NCBI RefSeq assembly: GCF_964355755.1
Contig: NC_092674.1
Coordinates: 13,888,001 to 13,952,000, forward strand
Source: Antedon mediterranea
Taxonomy: Eukaryota; Animalia; Echinodermata
Reading direction: 5' to 3'
DNA length: 64,000 nt
The notes beneath the pieces were generated by a model, which saw only the letters and a list, made by a program, of their open reading frames with translations, was not told where the DNA came from and did no database searches. Within the stretch, counting starts at the first letter, position 1. Each line of letters starts with the position of its first letter. Positions 12,168 through 24,100 of the stretch are shown one piece after another. The translations under genes were made by a program, and so were the position numbers.

Positions 12168-15100
12168 CTGTAAAAACACATTTAATTGACTTCATTAAAT
12201 AAAATACATTTGGTTGTTTTTCTTCAAACATTCAGGTGCTGAAATTAAGCAACATTTCTGGAATGTAACATTCTATTTGTATTGGCAGAAATCATGAATA
12301 ATGCATGAGCATAATTACTAATTATTTTCTTATTATTTTATTCTTAGAATTACAAGATAGCTAACCTATTTCCTGAATACAAGAGAACTTAACCCTCGAA
12401 AATATAGAAAATGTGTCCTTACGTAAAATACATATTGCACAATTTCATCACAACAACATAAGTTACATAAATATTTGATCGTACCCCTGAAACATGGGTC
12501 AATATTGGATGTAGTTTACTGATTGGAGGCATCTGTATGGCCAGTAAAAATACACTTGTTTTATCGGTGAAGAATGGGAAGGCATGGATCATTCTCTTTT
12601 ATGTTTTTTTCAGATGCGTGTTCATTTTAGACACAGTTTTGTTTGTTTGTTTTTATATATCTAGGCAAATTTCCAAGGATAACAATAAGCGAATTCAATC
12701 ACTATCCTTCTTAAGGTGGCAATCCCATTCACAAGACAAACATATACACAAGATGCTCTACATAAACGAAGTCTTATTACAAGTCTTTGGGGGTGGAGTT
12801 GTATTTGTCATTATAAAACATCCTGACATATGACAGGAATTGAACCCAGGAGCCATGGATTGGTAGCCAAATTAGCTTAATCACATTTAAAACATTTCTT
12901 GTTTATCGAATGATTGCTGATGATAATAGAAAGTCAAATAGTGAATATTTCTACAGTAGTATCAGGTATACATAATATAACATTTGTTTTTAATAACAAT
13001 CATTACCCACCTTGTCCTGATTGGTCTGTAAACACTGCAACTTCTAAACTGACATCATCTTTGTATTCATATCTTGTACACAGGCTATCAGCTAAATCAA
13101 CACGTCCTTGTTGTTTTAAAGCCTTGATCATTGTAGGTAGTTGATGTGCTTCTGTATGTTGACAGTTATTTCTCCATTGGACCAATACCTCCATTATGGC
13201 ATCTTCTACATGTTTGTTTTTGTCTGCAATGTTATTAACGTTGTCCCATTTGATTCCAAGTCGCACTGCTAGTCTTCTCCAACTTTGATGTAACTTTTCA
13301 CAGAAGAATAGGAGATCTTGATCATCAAAACAAGCTGTGAAATAATAAAAGCAATAAGGTAATGAGTTTTCTTTCAATTAAATTAAACTCCCTATTCTAT
13401 TCAATATTTTATTTCGGAATCTCTCGTTCATAGAAAATAATATAACAAAAATACAATCAATTAACAAATTTATGTAAAAATATGTTTATCAGAACACATT
13501 TTTTAAAGCATTTAGTACTATGAGCAAGATTTTATAACACACATAAGAAGATTCATAATTTAATTTGAGAATGTGAGTCAAATTTTATTTAAATGTGCTA
13601 TTGCTCTTGTAATGACGTCAATGAGAGTGCAATGTTGTTATATGTGCACACAAGTACCTGTAATTTCATTTGGCACTTTCATTTTTGTTACACGGTGAGT
13701 GAGCAACAACAGGTTACAATATTGTTGCCTCTCCTTTCATCAAAAGTAGATGTGTACTCATAAACATTCATTACTTGTATACTATTTAATGGCACGAATC
13801 ATTACAATATAAAATGCAATATACCTGAATGTTTGATAACCTTGGGCATTTCATTGTCACCCTTTATGTGAAACAGCAGATCAGCAAGATCATTACGACC
13901 ATGTTGTCTTAGTGCAGTACACAATACTTGTTGCTGATTAAGGTCACTACCACTTTTTCTCCTCCAACGTTTCAGCATCTTTGCTGTAGCTTTATCTGTT
14001 TGCTTTTCATTATCAAAAATAGTATTCACTTTAGACCATGTAAGCCCCAAACGAACACCAAATCGTCTGCAGGAAAGATCCATCTCTCTGGACACATTGT
14101 CAATAGTTAGGTCATCCACATAGTCTATATCAAAAAACAAAATTATCAATCAATTGTGTTTTTAATCCTTCACAATAGTAACTAAACATAATAATTATTT
14201 TATCATAATGTATACCTTTGTTATCCTTGACATCTGACATCCTCCTTCGTTTACTAGATCCCTTAACTTTTGATTTTAGAGATGTTTTCCCCTTCATCAT
14301 TTTATGAGACTTAGCAACAGTATCATCATCAGCAGTATCAGATTCTGGATCTATGTTCTTCTGTCTACCAGCTTCTTTTGAGGTAGAAGCTACAATGACA
14401 ATACAAAAACAAAAGAGTGATAAAGTTAAACCAAGATGTACAATTGCTTGTTTTGTATTGTATGTTTATGTACTATTACTCTTTTAGTTATAATAATCAT
14501 AAATTAAATTTAGTTATTTATGAATGTATTAGTTTGGCAATATACACTAATGATAATTTCTGTATTAGCTGAACAGTTTTTTATTTTCAATACTTTACCA
14601 TCAACTTGTTGACATACAGTATATTGCGATGTATAGTGTTGATATTAATTTATATCTGTGAAAGTCAGTTGCATTCAAAAATCGCATGGTTTAAACATTA
14701 AAAACCTAGAATTGTAGTGTACGATGATGATGATAACAATTCATAATAAATCTTTCACCATCAACTGCACCTTTGTCCTTCTTGGAGGAAAATAATCTCT
14801 TCACTTTACGAGTGATTTTTTGAAGTCTTGAAGTAGAAGCTTGTGCATTGCTGTGACCATCACTGTCAGAATCTGGAGCTATGCTTTGTTTTGTACTATC
14901 TTTCGATTCAGATGCTAAACAAAAATAAATCGAAAAGCAACATTTTACAAACTGTATAACCTAGATGTACATCTTCAATAATACTGTTTTTTTTAATTCT
15001 GTGGGTTATCATAAATGATGATGACACAGACTTATTATAAAAATCTAAAAAAAGTTTTTTTTTTTTTAATTTTTTTATTGTTCTTCTTATAATGAAATAA

Positions 15101-18100
15101 CATACAATTAATATTCATTTTACATGAATGATGCAAACAATGTCTTATATCCTTTAATTAAGCAAATCATATAAATACCGTTTTTCCTTCCTGTTGTCCT
15201 TGTCGTGTTTGTATCGTCGTACATGTCCGTCCCTGTCTGTCAGTAGCTAATCTTCACCTTATGCTTATTATTAATATGTTTAACTTTACTTTATTCTTAA
15301 TGGTATTCTCCAGGCATAATGCAACTATTTTTTACTTAATTTCCAACCATTTGTATCTATCATATTTTTTGTATGTGTTTGCATTATCTGAACTTGACTT
15401 GAACTTAAGTATACTTAAATAAATAAAGAATACATATATATTCTTTATTTTCTAAATTATTAACTTGAATCCTCATTTATTTTGTTTTGGTTTAGAAACA
15501 TTTTTTTTTTATCTTACTTCATCCTAAAATGTTAACCTATATCAGTTTCACTGATGGATACTACACAACACAAATCCTCTACCTTTTAGTACAATGTCTC
15601 CAAACAGATTACGATAACGTTTCACTTCCATTCCTCTGCTTCCACATGGCAACACATCTTTGTCAAATTTGCGTACAACATGCATATGAGTATGTTCACC
15701 TTTTGAACCACACACACAAGGGATGTACATCTTTACTTTAACACCATGTGCATTCTTCTCACTCAAAAAGTGCAATTCTTTTTCAAGAAAAGTTAGTACC
15801 TATAAAATAGAATAATTTGATTTAGTTGATTATTTTGCTACCCACAACAAAAAAGTAGTATTAGCTATTTAAAATAATTATACAAACTAAAATTAGTAAA
15901 TAGAGCAAAGAATGATAACATGTAAGCATGATTCCGAATAGGATCACCAAAACATATTAAAATACAAAATACATTATTATTTTACTATTAAGTGTACATT
16001 ACAGTTTAAATAAATAAATTATTAATTATTGTTTAATTTGGTTTAAACATCAAAATTGTTAATCTCTACATATCCAACTCATAAACATTATTTTCACATT
16101 AATTTACCTTCTTACAGATGCTAGGTTTTGGATCATCATCTTCAGGAAGGCCAGCAGCATTCATCATGTCTGTTCTAACTATTGTTGTCTTTGGGTACTA
16201 TTACTTACCTTCTTACAGATGCTAGGTTTTGGATCATCATCTTCAGGAAGGCCAGCAGCATTCATCATGTCTGTTCTAACGATTGTTGTCTGCAATATCA
16301 AAAATCATTTTTTGTTTTATTTCATTTGACAATTGTTTCTCTTGAATTGTCATTAAAGCAATTGCCACTTAATCTATAGTCTATATATAATCTATATGTA
16401 ATATTATAAACATACAAGATGAATGAAAAAAACACCTTTAGGTGTTGGCAAGATAATTGCCATATTTTCACCGATTTTCTGCCAACATGTTTCTGTTTGT
16501 CTGTCCTATAATGCTTAGTGTGTTTTATTTATAGTTATATTAATTTTTATATAATATAAAAATAACGCTTAAAAGAGAACGACGTTTCGACTCCATCATG
16601 GGGTCATTATCAAGTCCAATGAATAAAATATAAAACAACAACTAATTAAGTAGCACAAGCCAAGGGTCAAAGTTTAAATAACAAAAGACCTATTGTCTAA
16701 CATCCTGTCAAATGAAAAGCTTAGCTTTTACAGAGTCACTTTGTTTATTCAGACTAGGTTTTAATTGTCTGATATACAACATTTCATAGATAAGACAGTC
16801 AAATTTGTTTTTGCATTTCCTAAGTATACTAAAACATGAATTAATTTTACTGGGATTAACAATCACTTTATGATCCTTCAAATGCTGTCCTATTAAGCAT
16901 CTACTATGTTCAACAATGCGTTGGTAGAGGTGTCGGCATGTATATCCAACATAACTTGCATCGCACAAGTCACATTTAAATTTATACACAACACATTGTT
17001 GACTTATAATAGTTGGTTTCTTTTCGACTTTCCTAATGTTATCTTTAACTTTTTTACTTATGAATACAGGGACAATGTTTTTGTTTATCTTGTGACTTAG
17101 TTGGCATAGTTGTCGCTTGACGGAGTTCGCAGATTTCTGGTCTTTGAATGGCAGGATGATTCGCACTGGTATTTCGGATAGATCTGTTTCATCTTCTGCA
17201 GTGTTGTTATTGCTCTCTGCTGGTTTAAAGTTCTGTATGGTTGTTGTTATTAGTTCATCTGGATATTTCAGACGCTTAAAAATCTTCCTTAGAATTTCAC
17301 ATTCATCATTAAAAAGCTGGTGGGTCGACGATAGTTTGTAAGCCCGATTTAACATAGTTATAATAAGTGACCTTTTATACTTGTTGTCAACGTGACTATT
17401 GTAGTGTAGCAATAAGCCTGTGTCTGTTGGCTTTCTGTAAACCCGTGTGTGCAATTTTTCCAAATCTTTGGTTATCAGCATTCCTAGGAAAGGGATTGAA
17501 TTGTTCACGGCAGTTTCCATTGTGAACGCTATCGCAGGATGGGTTGTGTTGAGTAAAGCTAAAAATTCATTGGCTGCTTCTAGATTTGGCATGAATACTA
17601 GTGTGTCATCAACATACCGTTTGTAGTATTTGGGCATGTGGTTCGTAGATTCAAGGCGTTCCTCGATGTGGCACATAAATACATTTGCCATAAGGGGCCC
17701 TAGAGGTGATCCCATTGCAACTCCATCAACCTGTTCATACAAGTTACCATTAAATTGGAATAGCTGATCTTTCGTTGCTATATTGAGGAGTACAATTAAA
17801 TCGTCCTTATCTAAGTTTAGTCCATAATTATCATTGAACCAGTTGTTAGTAAATGCTTTATCAGCAATAATTTGAATTGTCTCGGTTAAAGGAACATTTG
17901 TGAATAAGGACGAGACATCATATGATACCAAAATATCACTAGCATTAATAACGGTGGAGCGTATATCAGCTGCAAAGCTAAATACATCATCTATTGTATA
18001 TGCGTTCTGGGATAGCGGTTTCAACTTCTCATCCAGCCACTGAGCTAATTTATAATTGTAGGTACCTGTTGCTGACAAGATTGGTCTCATAGATAACTTT

Positions 18101-21100
18101 TCTTTATGTGTTTTAGGCAATCCATACAAATGAGCTAACCTTGATCCGGTTTGACAAATTGATTTAGCAATTTCTTTTGGAAGAATTTTATGAACCGTTG
18201 AAATCATATCTTTCTCCTTTTTCAAGAGTGGATGGTAATGTGTCATTGGTCTTCCTCTTGTTCTTGGTTGTTCAGTAGAGATTGGTATAAATTTGGAAAC
18301 ATTGTTGACTGATGCTTCACATAATAAATGTTCATATTCACTTCTATCCATGACTACTACTCCTGATCCTTTGTCTGGCTTTGTGATGATTATATCATCT
18401 CTCTTCTTTAATTGGCCAAGTGCTCTTGTTAAGGCTTTTGGTGGGGATGGTCCTTTCCTTTCTATATAATTAAGTGCGATAGACTTTAGAGTAGCTGCTG
18501 TTAATTCTTTAGTTTCCTCACCAACAATTTTAGGCTCCAGCTTCCAGTACGCTTTCTCGAAATTTGCTTTAATTTCCCTGGATGAAACTCGGTGAGGGTA
18601 AGCAAATTGTAAGCCACGGCTGAGCGCTAGCTTTTGAAAGAACGATAGTCTATATGATGATATATTAATGATGTGTTCATCCACATTCTTACCTCTGTAC
18701 ATTAGGTTTGCGATTTTCTTAGAATGTCCATTCATTTCTGCTCCATACTGATTACAGCGTAGCTTGGTCATAGTCTGAAGTATAGCGAGATAACGAAATG
18801 ACGAACATTGACTTCTGATTTCTGTGTAAATAGTATTTATTTCTTTTCTGAGATTACTAAGAAGTTTCAGCTTCGCTTTCAGCTCTTCCGATATTACATT
18901 TTTCTCAAAGAATTTAGCAGAATTGCTCCATCTCTTTGACTTTTCCTGATCCACTTTAGCAAATGTCGGAGTGAGTCCAAGGTTTTGACATAATTGAAGA
19001 AATTCAATTGACGTTTCACAGCTTACTAATTTCTTGCTACACTGTTCAAGTCTCCTGAACAAGTGAAGCTGGTCATCGCGTTTCAAATTACGAATGAGAG
19101 TACGTTTATTGTAAATACATAATATAAAAATAACGCTTAAAAGAGAACGACGTTTCGACTCCATCATGGGGTCATTATCAAGTCCAATGAATAAAATATA
19201 AAACAACAACTAATTAAGTAGCACAAGCCAAGGGTCAAAGTTTAAATAACAAAAGACCTATTGTCTAACATCCTGTCAAATGAAAAGCTTAGCTTTTACA
19301 GAGTCACTTTGTTTATTCAGACTAGGTTTTAATTGTCTGATATACAACATTTCATAGATAAGACAGTCAAATTTGTTTTTGCATTTCCTAAGTATACTAA
19401 AACATGAATTAATTTTACTGGGATTAACAATCACTTTATGATCCTTCAAATGCTGTCCTATTAAGCATCTACTATGTTCAACAATGCGTTGGTAGAGGTG
19501 TCGGCATGTATATCCAACATAACTTGCATCGCACAAGTCACATTTAAATTTATACACAACACATTGTTGACTTATAATAGTTGGTTTCTTTTCGACTTTC
19601 CTAATGTTATCTTTAACTTTTTTACTTATGAATACAGGGACAATGTTTTTGTTTATCTTGTGACTTAGTTGGCATAGTTGTCGCTTGACGGAGTTCGCAG
19701 ATTTCTGGTCTTTGAATGGCAGGATGATTCGCACTGGTATTTCGGATAGATCTGTTTCATCTTCTGCAGTGTTGTTATTGCTCTCTGCTGGTTTAAAGTT
19801 CTGTATGGTTGTTGTTATTAGTTCATCTGGATATTTCAGACGCTTAAAAATCTTCCTTAGAATTTCACATTCATCATTAAAAAGCTGGAAGGTCGACGAT
19901 AGTTTGTAAGCCCGATTTAACATAGTTATAATAAGTGACCTTTTATACTTGTTGTCAACGTGACTATTGTAGTGTAGCAATAAGCCTGTGTCTGTTGGCT
20001 TTCTGTAAACCCGTGTGTGCAATTTTTCCAAATCTTTGGTTATCAGCATTCCTAGGAAAGGGATTGAATTGTTCACGGCAGTTTCCATTGTGAACGCTAT
20101 CGCAGGATGGGTTGTGTTGAGTAAAGCTAAAAATTCATTGGCTGCTTCTATCCCAATTCAATCCCTTTCCTAGGAATGCTGATAACCAAAGATTTGGAAA
20201 AATTGCACACACGGGTTTACAGAAAGCCAACAGACACAGGCTTATTGCTACACTACAATAGTCACGTTGACAACAAGTATAAAAGGTCACTTATTATAAC
20301 TATGTTAAATCGGGCTTACAAACTATCGTCGACCCACCAGCTTTTTAATGATGAATGTGAAATTCTAAGGAAGATTTTTAAGCGTCTGAAATATCCAGAT
20401 GAACTAATAACAACAACCATACAGAACTTTAAACCAGCAGAGAGCAATAACAACACTGCAGAAGATGAAACAGATCTATCCGAAATACCAGTGCGAATCA
20501 TCCTGCCATTCAAAGACCAGAAATCTGCGAACTCCGTCAAGCGACAACTATGCCAACTAAGTCACAAGATAAACAAAAACATTGTCCCTGTATTCATAAG
20601 TAAAAAAGTTAAAGATAACATTAGGAAAGTCGAAAAGAAACCAACTATTATAAGTCAACAATGTGTTGTGTATAAATTTAAATGTGACTTGTGCGATGCA
20701 AGTTATGTTGGATATACATGCCGACACCTCTACCAACGCATTGTTGAACATAGTAGATGCTTAATAGGACAGCATTTGAAGGATCATAAAGTGATTGTTA
20801 ATCCCAGTAAAATTAATTCATGTTTTAGTATACTTAGGAAATGCAAAAACAAATTTGACTGTCTTATCTATGAAATGTTGTATATCAGACAATTAAAACC
20901 TAGTCTGAATAAACAAAGTGACTCTGTAAAAGCTAAGCTTTTCATTTGACAGGATGTTAGACAATAGGTCTTTTGTTATTTAAACTTTGACCCTTGGCTT
21001 GTGCTACTTAATTAGTTGTTGTTTTATATTTTATTCATTGGACTTGATAATGACCCCATGATGGAGTCGAAACGTCGTTCTCTTTTAAGCGTTATTTTTA

Positions 21101-24100
21101 TATTATGTATTTACAATAAACGTACTCTCATTATTAATTTTTATGCAGGTAAATGTTGAACAAGCATTTGCTTTTTATTTTAGTCTATTTCAATTTTACT
21201 GTTATTTTATTATGTTATATCTATAATGGAGAATATAACTGAAAATCTAAAAACTGATAATGTTTCCATTATAATTCTATCTGAGACTGATATTTTCTCA
21301 GAGGTAATTAAACATTTATAGTTATGTTCCTAAGATGATACTTTCTCAGATTTAGTTTTTAGTCTTATAACATCAATTTTATTAAGTCTACCTGAAACAA
21401 ACGGCAATTGTTGATAGTAGCTACATTTAGAACCACAAAATGATGGCCATCAATATGCAGTTCTACATGCTCATATGACAATGTAGGTTCAACATCTTCC
21501 ATTTGAAATTCCTCAATAAATTTTGTTGAGACACGTTGGAAGAGATCATCTGGTAGGTAGCCATCAAAGTCATGAAATAGAGAAATAGCACGTTTCTCTT
21601 CATATTTAACAGCCTTTGTATCATCACGTTGGGGCTTCAGGCGTGAAAGAACGTAGAACGTTCGTCCAACATTCTATAGAAACAAAAATGGAACAAGAGT
21701 AGTAGATGGAATATATGAAAAAATAATTGAACTAAATATTTTAAATAAAATGTAAATACCTCTTTACTCCTTTTTTCACACATTAACCCAAAGGTTTGCA
21801 TCAGAGACACAAAGAAGATAATCATCTCATCTGAATCATCCTTCCATATATGCCGCAACAGTCTTTCATCTAGTTTACCTCCATTTAAATTTCTCCAAAG
21901 CTGTTTCAAAGATGGCTAAAAAAATATAAAAGCACAAGTGTAATTTGTCAATGCAACAAAGTAATTACTGTTCTTCTGGTCAGTAAAACCTCTTATTTAG
22001 GACAACCTTATTGAAACTTACTTGTGCAATGAATGAGGTTAACATCACAGCTAACATCTATTAAGGGGACACTTTGTTGGGTCTTCCCTTAATGGGAGTG
22101 CTACAGTAATACGCTTACAAGCATATATTTTAGTATTAGAATATAATAGAATTAATAAGATATAATTTCGTTCTCTGTGTGGCAGATATTACATGTTTAC
22201 AGAAATCCATCACACTGAAAAACAATGTTTACATATGATATTCACCAATGACTGACACCACTCAAAGAAGTGAAGTTTGCAAACCTGAAGGCTGGGATCT
22301 ATAACTGTAATGATTGTTTTAAACTTGTCAACTACTCCCATCAAATCTATAACAATTTTTTCTTTGAGGATCTTGTCATCTGGGTAGAACAGAATCTCAC
22401 CGATGTCGTGCAAATACTCAAGAAACTGTTTTCTGTCAGTTATCTTACAACTAGCAAGTAAATCATTAATCTAAAAGGCAAAGAAATATTATAATGAAAA
22501 ATTTAACGAAAACAAAAATGTTGATTAATTACAAACTGGTTTTCTGTTGATGTTATCAATCATTTCGTTAATGTTGAAAGGTTGTTTATATAGGACATAA
22601 TATTTTATCATGCAAGGGTAGATTTGACATCTGAAAGTTTCCTAACCAACAGTAAACTCAAGGTTCACCACTTACTTACTTACTTCAATAATTGTTATTG
22701 CCAAACAAAATGTTCATTTGGTTTTTGGCACAATTGGTACTAAAACAATTGCACCATTCCTGTTTGATAAACATTTGTTGAAGATTCACCATAAACAGTC
22801 AATTAACACAGACAGCAAAGCAGGGATACTGTTAATGTTACTATCAATAACAAGTTTTTTTTCACTTTAACACCATTCGATGCAGCAATACAAAAACAGG
22901 GTTTAATGCTTTAATGTGATTTAAGAATAAACAAATGTAATGGATGTTAAACACTTATTATTAAAACACCAATCAATTTTGTTATATAAATGTATATATT
23001 CTAACCTCAGATGTTGGTAGATACAGTTTGTCTTTTCGTAACTTTTGTATTTCCTGCAGTACTTGTAGCCATTTGATTGGCAAAGTAAGAATCATCATCT
23101 GGACTAATTTTTGTATTTGGAGAATGATTTTAGAAGCACCGCTCTTTTCAAATGAGACACTGTTTTCAATTGTAAAGAGCTCTTCTTGAAACACCATGTC
23201 CTCAAATGGTTTTCCTTCCAGGGCTTTCCAAAGTTTATTCTCTATTGCCTTTACCTAAAATAAATAACATCACATTGGAATTAAACGTATGTATGGGGAA
23301 AATTTAAAGGGTGCCGTACCAGACAAGACCCCACCCCCACCCAATTTGTAAACTGCAACAAGTCTTTTATTTAATTTATGTCACGCATTTATGTACCCAG
23401 TGTACACTGGTATAATTATACCAATATAAGAAAATGTGTGCTAAATCATAGACATTTGTATACCCTTTTATTTGTTTTATTATAGACCTAACAGATGGAA
23501 CATTATTATCACAATGAAAGCGCACATACTGTAGTATTTCATTTATGAAATAATCTTAGATTTTTACAAAAAAATATCATTTGAAATACTTTTAATCTTT
23601 AGCCTACATATATTTTTAATTGAAATTAAGGTAAGATAATCAGTTAATCATAAGCCAGCACAGTACAGTAGTATGTGCATGTCATGACAATGAAACAACC
23701 GTCCACCGGATTACATAATATGGACTTTACGAAACAGGATGGTTAGTTTTCTCTGTTCGCTGGAGCGCAAATTTATAAACAAGACAGAGCCATTTTATTA
23801 GTTACCCACCACGTGAAGACGACAACGAACGGTCAGAGAGAGAGAGAGATAACCATGTCTACTAGCCTACTAGACTATAATAGGGCTACTCTAGCTAGGG
23901 GACCTACCTAGGCTACTTACTAGATATGGGTGTATTGATTTGGGTTTATGGCCTAAAAGCTAGAACAGCATTATCTCTAGTCTCCCTCCCCTGTCTCACG
24001 GGGTCCCTATTGAATCTCTTTGCCTTGGTGGTACGACATATGACTAGCCTTTCTAGCTAGGGACCTTGCAAACAAACGCCGCGCAAAATGTATTGCACAG

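Larger units (their letters stand above)
16551..21131 (-). mobile_element. Young Penelope-like retroelement insertion: full copy + 5'-truncated tandem copy + inverted copy, 13-bp TSD
   Basis: TSD tattaatttttat at 16538-16550 and 21132-21144. Intact 833-aa ORF. Second copy at about 19119-20150 (-), third copy at about 20155-21131 (+), almost identical. Confidence 0.96.

Noticed and set aside
14599-14655. Possible extra linker exon ending GTTGATG|gtaaag
   Set aside because: In-frame TAA right after the nearest acceptor; at most a remnant.
19276-20949. Stand-alone GIY-YIG endonuclease genes (270 and 257 aa)
   Set aside because: They are 5'-truncated copies of the Penelope ORF within one insertion.
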